From positions 1 through 64,000 of the forward strand of contig FLMG01004571.1 in assembly GCA_900088475.1 (NCBI GenBank): a stretch of 64,000 nt of DNA, written 5' to 3'. Positions 39,499 to 49,475 of this stretch are shown in pieces. The notes beneath the pieces were generated by a model, which had not been told where the DNA came from, did not search any database, and saw only the letters and a list, made by a program, of their open reading frames with translations. The position numbers were made by a program, and so were the translations under genes. This stretch comes from Hyphochytrium catenoides. Taxonomy: Eukaryota; Protista; Hyphochytriomycota. Each line of letters begins with the position of its first letter. The stretch's first letter is position 1.

Positions 39499-40323
39499 CT
39501 AAAAAGAGTCAGCGTTGGTGAAGGTACTGCCGACGGAGGTCTGGGAGTTAGATCCGGTGGCAATAGGCTTGGCAACGTAGAGTCTGCCCTTGACGAAGTA
39601 GTACAGAAGAGGGACATCGACGTATCCTGACGGAACGCCCTGCGCAGTGCTTCTAGAAGCAGCCTTTTGGCCGTTGACGATGTTAAAGCTAGAACCCTTG
39701 GGGCCGCCTTGGATGCCGACGATGCCGCCTAGGAGGGGGAGATACTGCACGCCAGTTGACTGACCTTGGACTCTTTCCAGGGTACCAGAGGAGGTTTGTG
39801 TGGCTCCTGAACCCTCAGTGGCACGAATATCAGCGATAGCATTGTTCTGATAACCAGACTGGTAAACGATGTCCGGAGTAGAGTCAGTCCGGGTAGGGCC
39901 CTGGACAGCGATGGTTGAACCTGCGTTTTGGTTAACCCCAACGGCGACATTGACCTCAGAGGGCGGTCCAAGATGAAGGAAGCCGCCCTGTTGAGCTAGG
40001 GGTCCGTTCGATTCAGCTCTAGCTTCGCCAACCAAACTCTGCGAGATTGTGTTACCCTGGGGCCCTGACTCGACGTGAGCTGCCGTATCCATGAAGCCCT
40101 GTGCTTGACCATTAGCACCGCTGCTGTGAACAGCTTCAGATTCAGCCTCTGAGTGACTTTGTTGATCCATCGATGCCTGACCCGGTTGCGCTCCTCCAAA
40201 GTCAACGCTGTTCATTAAACCATCCAAGTTGAGAAGACCGCGGAAGTTGCCGGACTCTGCAGCGGAGGACCCAGCAGCCATCCCAAGTAGAAGAAGGCAT
40301 GAGGCGGTAGAGCAGATCTTCAT
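39499..40323 (-). CDS. Secreted G/S/Q/A-rich protein 'A' (274 aa), intronless; paralogue of 48654-49475
   Basis: Signal peptide MKICSTASCLLLLGMAAGSSA, then NFRGL; aligns end to end with A'. Confidence 0.88.
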   Translation of the reverse strand: MKICSTASCLLLLGMAAGSSAAESGNFRGLLNLDGLMNSVDFGGAQPGQASMDQQSHSEAESEAVHSSGANGQAQGFMDTAAHVESGPQGNTISQSLVGEARAESNGPLAQQGGFLHLGPPSEVNVAVGVNQNAGSTIAVQGPTRTDSTPDIVYQSGYQNNAIADIRATEGSGATQTSSGTLERVQGQSTGVQYLPLLGGIVGIQGGPKGSSFNIVNGQKAASRSTAQGVPSGYVDVPLLYYFVKGRLYVAKPIATGSNSQTSVGSTFTNADSF

Positions 40324-42743
40324 GCTGAAAGAGTAGTTATCGTCGAGAAGATGGCTGCTTAAGAAGGAAAGAGGGTTTGAGACTTAAGCTAGGAGCTAGA
40401 ATGAGAAGCAGCGTGCTCCTTTTGTCTTGAATAGAAGTTTGAGAGTGAAAGGCTGGGGCGTCTGCCAGCATCAGTCGCCCAATAACCAACGCCGAATAGA
40501 CGACAAGCAGACAAGCCTTATGCAGTCAACATTACCAAGGGTGAAGAGAGAGCAAGCGAAGAGGGGATGTAGAGAAAGGCCGGAGGTGGGAAAGTGCAGT
40601 TCAAGGTACGGCTCGAGGAAGAAGAAGCCAGGCCAAGAATAGCTTTCGCCTGTGGTCTTAAAAATGGCAGAGTAGGAACAGATACAGAGACAGCTCTCAA
40701 GCAAAGTTTTCTTCTCAGCATCTTCCTGACCTCTTCTTTCAGGAGAAGGTTTCTATAGTACGTCTCCACCTGTGCCTGCATCAGTAGCAGGCTTAGGTGT
40801 AAAGAGAGACACGGAAAGAACTAGAGAACGGAAGATCTTCAGAGGTTGATGCCGCTCTGTCCTTTCGTGCTTTCCGGACACTCCTTTCTTAGGCTTTCCA
40901 TTCCCCCGCGTGAAGAACATGGGTATTTTCAGGTCGCCTTTCCATGTCCACTTCCATACGTCGCCTTCTGCCCTCCGACGTCCAAAAGCACATCACTCAA
41001 TGATTACCATGCACTTGTCGTCCATTCATTTGTAAGGAGCTACGCTGCTGCCCCTACCTCTGTCTTCGCTCAACTAAAACTTTTAGGAGTATCAAGGTTA
41101 TTTGTCGGGATTAATAGGGCATTCGCCTGTCTCGCGATGAGCTCCCTGTACCCTTGGCCTTATACTCAAAGAAAGGTTCTTCCTTGTCCCATGAAAAATA
41201 AACAATCGCGAGGCGCTTTTACATTTGCAACCCCCTGAAGCCTAGTCGGAGCATTCCAGTCCTTGTGGGACTGTGTGGGAAGCAGACCTTATCAAGATGG
41301 GTCCAAAGGACTAGAAGGCCAAGCAAGAGTCGGAGTGCTCAGATTCTCTGAAGGTGAAATCACTGTGCGGTATCGTCAAGGTGTTCAGTAAGCCGCACCG
41401 GATGGGAAGGAAACTGAATATTACCAGTTCTAGCTGTAGAGCAACCCCAACGAAGCAGGAGGAACAGTCTGAATCCTTTCATTGTGCCAGTGGTCTCTTA
41501 TACGGGTGAGTACGGTTCGGGTCAGGTACTCTTGCTGCGATTCCTAAAATGTCGGACTTAGTAGTAGCCTGATAGCAATGAAGAGGAACTCCCACTCTGC
41601 CATCATGCATTCCTTGCGCCGCTGTGTACAGCAAGCCGACTACACGTGTGCGGTCCCACCTAGTCCGTATGTCTTTCTTCCATTAACCCCGCAAAAGTGG
41701 AATGGCCCCTTCCCTACATTTGTGATGAGCAGCAGTATAAAGTGAAGCCAGAAGAAGAGCCTCCCTCATGAAAGGACCAACTGCCCACTGCTGCCATGTC
41801 GATACGATTTGCCTCGTTCTCTCTGCAACTCGTCTTCTGGGCCCTGTGTTCCCTTCTCTCTCTTTTACTCTGTCTCACTCCCTGTCTTAGTCTCACGCAC
41901 TGCTGCTCTCCAGCTCTCTCTAGACGTCCGCCTGTCTCTTCCGTTCTATTCTTTTTGATTTTTTTTCGTTATTCCATTATGTCCGGATCTGCACCCGATG
42001 CTTAGGTCAGAGGTAGCAGCTTGCTCGGACGAATTGTCATAATTTCAGTGCAAAGGCTGACTACTTTCGGCAACTTACCATATTCTAGGAACAGCCAGGG
42101 CCCCATTACTGTTTTGCCATCACTCTCTCCGTGCTACCTTCGGCGAGTCAAGTGAATCTGCTTCTCTGTGAGGATTGTCTAGAGGTCCCGAGGCTGGGAC
42201 TTCTGTCTCAATCCAGCGTACGGACGCGCACGTGAGCGGAAGAAAGAAGGGAGAGCAGGCTAAGATATCAAGGAAAAGGATAGAGAACGTCCGATTCTCT
42301 GCCCAGACAGGGCAGGAAAGCTACGGACAAGTCCTCTTCATCTAACCTGACACTGTCAACGTGAGTTTCAAGTCAAAGCTGTTTCCCTTTGCTCAACGTC
42401 TCTAGAACTACAGTCCAGGTTTTCGAGCCCAAACCCTCGTGGAGGGTGAATATTCTGGCTTCACCTATGTAAAGAGATAGGCAAGCTTCTCGCCTGGTAG
42501 AACCAGCACTAGGTAGAGGCGAAGTGGGGGCATGCCACTGCCTGCTATCTCTCTCCTAGCTGGGGCATCACTTGGACCTCGCACAGGAGGCTCAGCATCA
42601 TCCCAGGTCAAGGGAGCATTGGAACACATCTCATTAGACTGTTTTCCCGATACTCTGCACTACTGCTCAGACTGCACCGCCATCTCTCAGCCACTTAGTG
42701 CTTGTATTATCCATCAAGTCAACCAAGGAAAGCCGTCTGAAGC

Positions 42744-43235
42744 ATGAAGCTGATCAACTTTGGTCTCTTTGCTGTTCTTGCCATCACCGCATCAACTCAT
42801 CTGGGCTCGGCTGCAGAAGTCGCAGATGCTGATGTGTGGTACACCCGTGCTGCCTATGAAGGCTGCAAGAACAAGAACGCCACTCTCCCAATCGCTTTAC
42901 CTGTCATAAACGTAAATGTCACCGGAATGGTGTGTGTAGACAAGTTGGAAGACGTATGTGGCAGTTCAAAGTCAGGGAGAGCTTGCCCTGAACTGGTCGA
43001 CAGTACTGGTCAACCTCGGAAAGAATTCAAGATCGAGTGCAAGGCTCTACAAAATGAGATCAAGTGTGTATTGGGATCCAACGCGGCAAAGAGTCTGGCC
43101 GAGTTGCCGGAGCATGTGGAGAAGGATTTAATTTCTGCTTCCCTCGACGGCAAAGACTATGATTGGGAAGTAACCGACGCCATGACCAACGAAGTTGTTA
43201 TGGTTGTTCCTGCTCCCGAGCACACTTCAGTGTAG
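42744..43235 (+). CDS. Small secreted Cys-rich protein 'B' (163 aa), intronless; paralogue of 44966-45400
   Basis: Signal peptide MKLINFGLFAVLAITASTHLGSA; Cys spacing C-x22-C-x7-C-x8-C-x17-C-x8-C. Confidence 0.88.
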   Translation: MKLINFGLFAVLAITASTHLGSAAEVADADVWYTRAAYEGCKNKNATLPIALPVINVNVTGMVCVDKLEDVCGSSKSGRACPELVDSTGQPRKEFKIECKALQNEIKCVLGSNAAKSLAELPEHVEKDLISASLDGKDYDWEVTDAMTNEVVMVVPAPEHTSV

Positions 43236-43539
43236 TTTTACTGACGACTAGCAGGCAGGAGAAGAAGACCTTCTTCGCAAAAGTCTGACGAGAATAGTGG
43301 ATGCGTGGCTGCCGTCAACACAGAGTCGTTTCGGCCTTGTCAACATCAGATTCTCCCTCTGTATCGCTTGCACCATTTATTCCGCGTGAAGAAGAGAACA
43401 TTATGATATCCCAACAAGGTACAAACCTTGCACATCAAGCTTGTCGGTGCATGCCGAGTTATGGAAGTGAGAATTGTCTGTTCATCTTGGGCTGCATATC
43501 TCTCTGGAGCGATGAAGAAGCCTTTCGATGGCTGATAAC

Positions 43540-43624
43540 TGTTGACGATGTCCTGCTTACATCGGGTTAGTCCTGTAGAGTTTGCAGTGGGTATGTAACT
43601 ATGTGAAAAGTAATGAACTAGCAT
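43540..43624 (+). repeat. Left arm of a diverged inverted repeat (3' region of B)
   Basis: tgttgac...tgtagagtttgca...atgtaactat...aaaagtaatgaactagcat matches the reverse complement of 44716-44797. Confidence 0.65.
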
Positions 43625-43943
43625 GTTTCCCGTAGTTGCATGCGCTATTCAGGTCAGTAAAAAGCCACTCCTTGAAGTCATCGCAGGGCGATTAAAGCCA
43701 GGAACGTTCGTGATGCTTTATATTATATGGGCCTTTACAGGTCTACAATCGCTCGTCGCACCACGCTTTCGCCTACCGACGACAAACAGACACTCTCGAT
43801 AACAATTCTCCTCGAAGTAGCTGCCGCTGCTGCTTGTCGATTGCTGCTGCTGCTTTTTAATATTATGAAGGCTGCTGGTAGGGTGGTCGCGTCGTCGTCG
43901 TGTACCTCTCTCACTCTCCTCTCTCCTCTACATTACGTGCGAT

Positions 43944-43944
<1 letters not shown>

Positions 43945-43975
<31 letters not shown>
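43945..43975. repeat. (CT)n microsatellite near the centre of the mirrored cassette
   Basis: ct run. Confidence 0.95.
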
Positions 43976-43977
<2 letters not shown>

Positions 43978-44626
43978 TATCGGCGTGTGTCTACTCTCTC
44001 TTCTCCTCTTGTTCTTATCTCTCTCTCTATCTGCAGTCTCTTCTTCTGCCCCTATTATGCTGAAGGGTAGGATGTAACAGTCGTCTCTCCTTTCTTCTTT
44101 TCTCTCTCCTCCTCTGCTGTCTGTCTGCTGTGTCGTGGGTCGCCTCCGCAACTTCGCTCCTTCGCTTGTGGCTCTGCCTCCCTCTCCGCATCTATGGATT
44201 GATATAAGCTTATTATCAGCCCCAATCCACGGCCCTTCTTCTCTCTCATCATCGCTCTCTCCCCTTAATCTTCAGCCTTGGAGCTACTACTCTTTATAAA
44301 CGAGTAAAGGTCTTGTCTTCTGAGCAGGGCTTGTTGGTCCTTTGAAGAAGAACACGCTCAAACCTAGTGCTCTTAGAGCTTATTGATCCAATTCGTAAAC
44401 AGTGTGAGAGCTCCTATGTCTCCTTTTGAGTGGTGGAGACGCAGAGTTCCCTGCAGACCATCTATGTCCTTCCTATGTTAGCTCAATATATAAACGTTCT
44501 CTGTCCTTCCCAAGCCTGTCTTTTCTTCTTTCGTGTTGCTGGGTGCAGACGTAGTAGTCTTGGCAATATCCGACAACGCCCTGCCACCAACTTTCTAGTC
44601 TATCTTTCTCTATAACAGCAACCCAG

Positions 44627-44707
44627 NNNNNNNNNNNNNNNNNNNNNNNNNNNNNNNNNNNNNNNNNNNNNNNNNNNNNNNNNNNNNNNNNNNNNNNNNN
44701 NNNNNNN
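44627..44707. other. Assembly gap (81 N)
   Basis: N run. Confidence 1.
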
Positions 44708-44715
44708 GCTGAAGG

Positions 44716-44797
44716 ATGTCACTTCATTTAGTTTTATAGGTACATGGCAGGTGCAAATACTACATGGCTACCGACTGGATTATAAGTACTGTCAACA
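44716..44797 (-). repeat. Right arm of a diverged inverted repeat (3' region of B')
   Basis: Minus strand reads tgttgac...tgtagtatttgca...atgtacctataaaactaaatgaagtgacat. Confidence 0.65.
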
Positions 44798-44965
44798 ACT
44801 AAAACACTTGTAAGGCGTCACACATCTTCCTCCTCAACAGCAGTCATCAGCTACCTCTTGGAGCGTCGCAGAGAGATGAAGAGCAGAACCTGCAGAGTGC
44901 TCTCTATTCCAGCACCTCGCATGGGATGATCTCACTGCTTCAGTCCAATATCAGCTACTGGATCT

Positions 44966-45400
44966 TTACTGCTGATCGCACTTCAATGGCTCACCATCTT
45001 CCGAGGTAAGAGAAAACTCTGGATTCTGGTCTAGGAAGTCGCATCCATCTTTTGGACTGACAGGCAGAACACACTTGGGATCATCTTTGTCTGGCTGAGT
45101 CTGGCAAACTGTGGCGATGTACGAGCCCTCCTTAGCTTCGCCGTCCGGCTTTGCCCAAATTTTGGGGCAAACGCCCTTCACGTTCTTTGGGCCGCATGCA
45201 TCACTAGCCTTCTTCACACATACCACGCCAGTGCCTTCTTCCTCGGCATATAGAGAGATTGGGACAGTGACTATTTCGTACTGGCAGCCCTCGCGGTCGG
45301 TCTTGGTTATCAGCTCAACCCCCTTGCCTTCAGCGGAGCCGAGAAAGGGTGATGCGGCGAGCGCAAGAAGAGCGAAGAGTCCGAAGTTGATCAGCTTCAT
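44966..45400 (-). CDS. Small secreted Cys-rich protein 'B-prime' (144 aa), intronless
   Basis: Signal peptide MKLINFGLFALLALAASPFLGSA; Cys spacing C-x21-C-x7-C-x8-C-x20-C-x10-C plus 2 extra Cys. Confidence 0.88.
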   Translation of the reverse strand: MKLINFGLFALLALAASPFLGSAEGKGVELITKTDREGCQYEIVTVPISLYAEEEGTGVVCVKKASDACGPKNVKGVCPKIWAKPDGEAKEGSYIATVCQTQPDKDDPKCVLPVSPKDGCDFLDQNPEFSLTSEDGEPLKCDQQ

Positions 45401-45471
45401 GGTACTGGATTGAGAATGTAGAATGGGCCACAAGTTGGTCGGATGCTTGTTAGTTGTGAAGATGAGGCTGG

Positions 45472-45487
45472 AAATTTGAGAATGAGA
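45472..45487 (-). promoter_or_regulatory. Oomycete-type Inr/FPR core promoter-like element upstream of B'
   Basis: TCTCATTCTCAAATTT is a 14/16 match to GCTCATTYYNCAWTTT, ~70-90 nt upstream of the ATG. Confidence 0.55.
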
Positions 45488-46708
45488 TATAGTGGAGGAG
45501 CACTTGCACTGCTGCGGCTGGTGGTTCCAGCGATGACTTGTCCCTTACCGCCTGTGGCCAGGTGTACCAGCAGAGGGCAAGGCAGCTATATGCGAGGGTC
45601 TCGATTGAGCCCAACATCCTTGAGTCCGCAAAGAAAGAAAGATGACAGGAATGGCGCTTGGCAGTTGACCCTCTTACACCCTCTAAAGAGAAGAGAAAAC
45701 ATTAGGAGTCAGGAAGAGAATATGAGGAGTCGGTGCGATGAGAAAAACGCGCAAAAATAACTTGCCTTTCATCGAGTCTGGAGTTAACGTTCCACTTAAG
45801 GGGAGAGAGATTCGGACCATCGGAGAGAGGGTTAGTCCTTCCCTAGTAAGCGTCACAATGGGAAACGAAAGGTGAGAGAGTTCAGCCCTTGTCTTTCCTT
45901 TTATCAGAACTATCCTCCTTTATCACTGGCTCTTAACCACATAGGCGGGAGAAGGGTGGCCCTTCTCACGTTATTTCTCAATGGGGCCAGTGTAGAGAGA
46001 CAGGAAAGTCCAGGTTGTTGGAAGTGACAAGGGCATAGGCAGAACATATATCCGGATTATGAGGGCTCCAATTGAGTCTTTCGTACGGTCCTCCCTAGAG
46101 TCGGATAAAGTGCACGCTTGATTAAAATAAACAGAAGTTCTAGAAAGGCCCACTTATGACTGTCGTCGTGTTTACCCTTGCCAACCGTATAGGTCTGATC
46201 AAATAATGCTAGTAGAACTACTGAGGAGCTTGGAGTTGGTCCGCCGGATGTGGCAGGAGAGACGCACCTCCTTGAAATAGCAGTAAAAGGCGTGGAGTCG
46301 CAAGAGCAGTAGTTCTATATCTGTAAGCATGTCGAGGACCGTAATCAGTGGACTGGCTCTGCTCCGACCACTTCTACTCAAGGCCCATCAAAGCTTGCAA
46401 CCCTGGGCCCCACAGGTGCGGAGTAATGTGCGGTCTCCATACAACTGTAGAACTGTAGAACTCTCCTGATACACGGATTACCATTCCTACCGCGAAGCCT
46501 CTATATTTTTTTGCCTCTTCTGTGGATCCTTAGACTCACTTTGGGTCCAGATCCAGAGCTCCGCACCTACTTCTCAATGACCATCAGGCAGTAATAAGGC
46601 AGGAAAGTACAGATAGTGGTCTAGTTCTATGCTCATCCTCTCCCTTGTCTATTTTTCCTAGTGGAAAGCAGTAGAGAAGTAGCGCTAAAAGTGTTAAGAA
46701 CCGCAGCG

Positions 46709-46905
46709 CTCCTCACCCTCCCACCAGAGATCGTAAGGCAGACTTGCACCTGCCTGATGACGAAGAAGCCGGACCAAAGTCTGGCCCACCATTTATTTGA
46801 ACAGGACACTCCTTTCTCTCGTCGACTTCTTCTTGCCACCACTCTTAGTTAGTGTCCTTCTCGGAAGCATGGCTCAAGGATGTAGCACTGTCATATCTAG
46901 TGAGG
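46709..46905 (+). pseudogene. Possible F-box gene remnant
   Basis: LLTLPPEIVRQTCTCL, then after a frameshift LVSFSEAWLKDVALSYL; no intact ORF. Confidence 0.3.
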
Positions 46906-46982
46906 CAGTCAACTTTCCAGAATTACACGGAGATAAAGCAGTTCAGAGTAAAGAAGCAGAGCGGTAACGAAAGTAGAACTAC

Positions 46983-47020
46983 CTCTTGCCATCCAAAGCA
47001 CTCTTGCCATCCAAAGCACC
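46983..47020. repeat. 18-bp tandem duplication
   Basis: ctcttgccatccaaagca x2. Confidence 0.9.
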
Positions 47021-48087
47021 ACCTACTACTATTGAGTAACTGTTTATAAAGTCGGCAGCCTCCCTACATCTGTGCTCAAAATGGCTAAAGGTTGACTTCA
47101 CTCTTGCATTCCTCGACAACATCGCTCATGATAGAGTTAGTGAGGGCAGACAAAGAAGTCAGACAGACCTATTGGCGATGGTGCTCCTGTAGTTCTACGA
47201 CTTGAAAATATCTCGACCAAGCTTCCGCTCTACATAATGAGCTCATAACAAGGCTTGCTTGTTGTGATGAACCAGTTCCTCTTTAGTAGTGCCCCGTACC
47301 CATAGGACAAAACGGTAGTGTGGCAGAAGAGTCGGTAGTTCTACTCAGCCATAAGTCGACGACCAAGTGTCCAAAGCAAAGTCCAGTCTGACAGGTAGAT
47401 GTTCTTGCCACTAGATAAGATTTTATTAAAAAAATAGCTGGCGCTTTAGACTCTGTCTACTAGCGGCAGAATCTTTCTGGACAACAACAGAGGCCAAACA
47501 GAGGAACAGTGAAAGAAGAAAGAAGGGAACCGAACGTGAAACCTAGAAACCTCTCCGAAACTTTTGTGGCCTTTCTCTTGCTTGAGACGGCGGGAGTCAG
47601 AACCCGTGCCCTTTTTTTGGAGGTAGAGTACCGGACCGTCGCCTTTCTCTTCATCATGGTTCTTCTGACGCAGCAACAGGTGATGGGAGAGAATGCTTTC
47701 TAAGAGCTTCAGAAGAGTGTGGGGAAGAATAGAATATAGAAAATGGTACCTGTACTAGATGGGAAGAGAGGCTGTGGGCGGAACAAGCTGGATAGTACCA
47801 GACCATGACAAAGTCTTGAAGTCAGACACTAACTCATAGAGGAGGTAAGGAATGAAAGGGTGTCCGGTACCTGTACTTAAGAGCCAGTGGTGGCTCTGTG
47901 CTCCGATTGTTGATGTGCAGTTGTCAATTGTCGCTAGAACAACAGGCAGGGAGAGAACGCTAGTGGGGCAAGAACATGTATGCTAATAACGGTCCTCGTC
48001 AGAGAGGAAAGAGTTAAGGTCTTTCTGAGAGGGTGACTCCCTTGAGGAAGAAATACGGATCAGATTGTAAGGACAGGGAAGGCGCGG

Positions 48088-48188
48088 GTGTTCGGCAGAA
48101 GGGGCATTCGGACCCTCAATCATGTTCTCTGGTAGAAAGGCGGAGGTGTTCGGTCGAAGGAGCATTCGGACCCTCAATCATGTTCTCT
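48088..48188. repeat. ~57-bp-period tandem duplication upstream of A'
   Basis: ggtgttcggcagaaggggcattcggaccctcaatcatgttctct / ggtgttcggtcgaaggagcattcggaccctcaatcatgttctct. Confidence 0.9.
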
Positions 48189-48531
48189 ATTGCGCAACAC
48201 GGCCCTTCTGATTGTCCGAATACTACTCCACAGAAGAACTTTGTGCACCGCTTGACTTGAAAGACATAGGAGAAGCCCTCACAGGCCTGCGGAGGCAAGC
48301 AGCGGTGCTCCAACAGGAGTTAAGTCAGCTTCCTCTGCGTCCCTCTCTTTCATGCAGCAGCTGCTCTATTCCTCTCCCTACACCCTCTTCTGTTGCCGCT
48401 CGCCATGCTAGCGACAGTCTTTCGAGGACCTCGGCTCTTTCTTGTCTCTCCTATTCCTTCCTGCCTTCCTTCCTTTGCAAATACCCTTCGTGTTCAGCCA
48501 GGCCCGTCCCCTGAACACCGCAACCACATCT

Positions 48532-48547
48532 ACTCATTCAACAACTT
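48532..48547 (+). promoter_or_regulatory. Inr/FPR-like element upstream of A'
   Basis: ACTCATTCAACAACTT is a 13/16 match to GCTCATTYYNCAWTTT, ~110-120 nt upstream of the ATG. Confidence 0.45.
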
Positions 48548-48653
48548 CCCATCTCCTGAGCACTTCCAAGCCAACTCGCAACAACACCTTCCTATTGTCC
48601 AGCTAACAAGCTAGCAGAAGCCGACAGACTTCTCTTTACAATCAACTCTTAAC

Positions 48654-49475
48654 ATGAAGATCGCATCCACCACCTCAACCCTTCTCGTCCTGGCCCTTGC
48701 TGGCGCCTCCTCAGCTGCCGCTACCAGCAGCAACCTTCGTGGCTTGGAGTTCAACTTCGGTGGCCTTACCATTACCACCCCTCACGGGCTCGATGCTTCC
48801 GCCACCGGTCAATTCCAGGGTGGCTCTAACTCTGAGACTGGCGGTTGCTCAAACGGTAACTGCGTACAGTCATCTACCCAGAGCATTCAGCAAGGAAGTG
48901 TTACCAGCTTCAACGGAGAGCAGGCCTCCATCGGTGGCCACGCGTTTGGTGCCGCAGATGCCACCACCCAGACCACTGGCACTGACCGCACAGGTGAACT
49001 TTTCCTCGGCCAGCCTCATGTACCTTCTACGGTTATGACCGCCTCTGCACGCAACGCAGACACCTTCGCTGGTGTAGCATCCACCCAGTTCGGCAATGGG
49101 GACGTTTCCATCATTACTGACCGCAATGCTGTGGCGGCCACGACTGGTGTCACCAACTCCGGCCTGATGGCTACCTATTCTAACACCAAGACCATTGACA
49201 CTGCCTCGGGATCAACCACTGGGGAGAGATTCCTTAACCTCCCCTTCTTTGGATTTGGCCTAGCCATCAAGCTTCCTGGATTGAAGGGCGCCAATGCCAA
49301 TGTCATTAACGGCCAGCAGTCCTCCAGTTCTGCCACTGGTGGTGCTCCTCAGCTGCCTGGCATCCCTATGTCCTGGCCTCTTAACCTCTTCATCAAGGGC
49401 CAGTGGTACCAGCTCACTCCTACCGCCCAGACTTCCACCTCCACTGCAAACAGCGGAGTTCGGCTTAATGCTTAG
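48654..49475 (+). CDS. Secreted G/S/T/A-rich protein 'A-prime' (273 aa), intronless
   Basis: Signal peptide MKIASTTSTLLVLALAGASSA, then NLRGL; strong bias to C/T-ending codons. Confidence 0.9.
   Translation: MKIASTTSTLLVLALAGASSAAATSSNLRGLEFNFGGLTITTPHGLDASATGQFQGGSNSETGGCSNGNCVQSSTQSIQQGSVTSFNGEQASIGGHAFGAADATTQTTGTDRTGELFLGQPHVPSTVMTASARNADTFAGVASTQFGNGDVSIITDRNAVAATTGVTNSGLMATYSNTKTIDTASGSTTGERFLNLPFFGFGLAIKLPGLKGANANVINGQQSSSSATGGAPQLPGIPMSWPLNLFIKGQWYQLTPTAQTSTSTANSGVRLNA

Noticed and set aside
42744-45400. B/B' as two uncollapsed haplotypes mis-joined at the N gap
   Set aside because: The paralogues are far too diverged in protein and flanks to be ordinary alleles, although orientation across the gap still needs long-read confirmation
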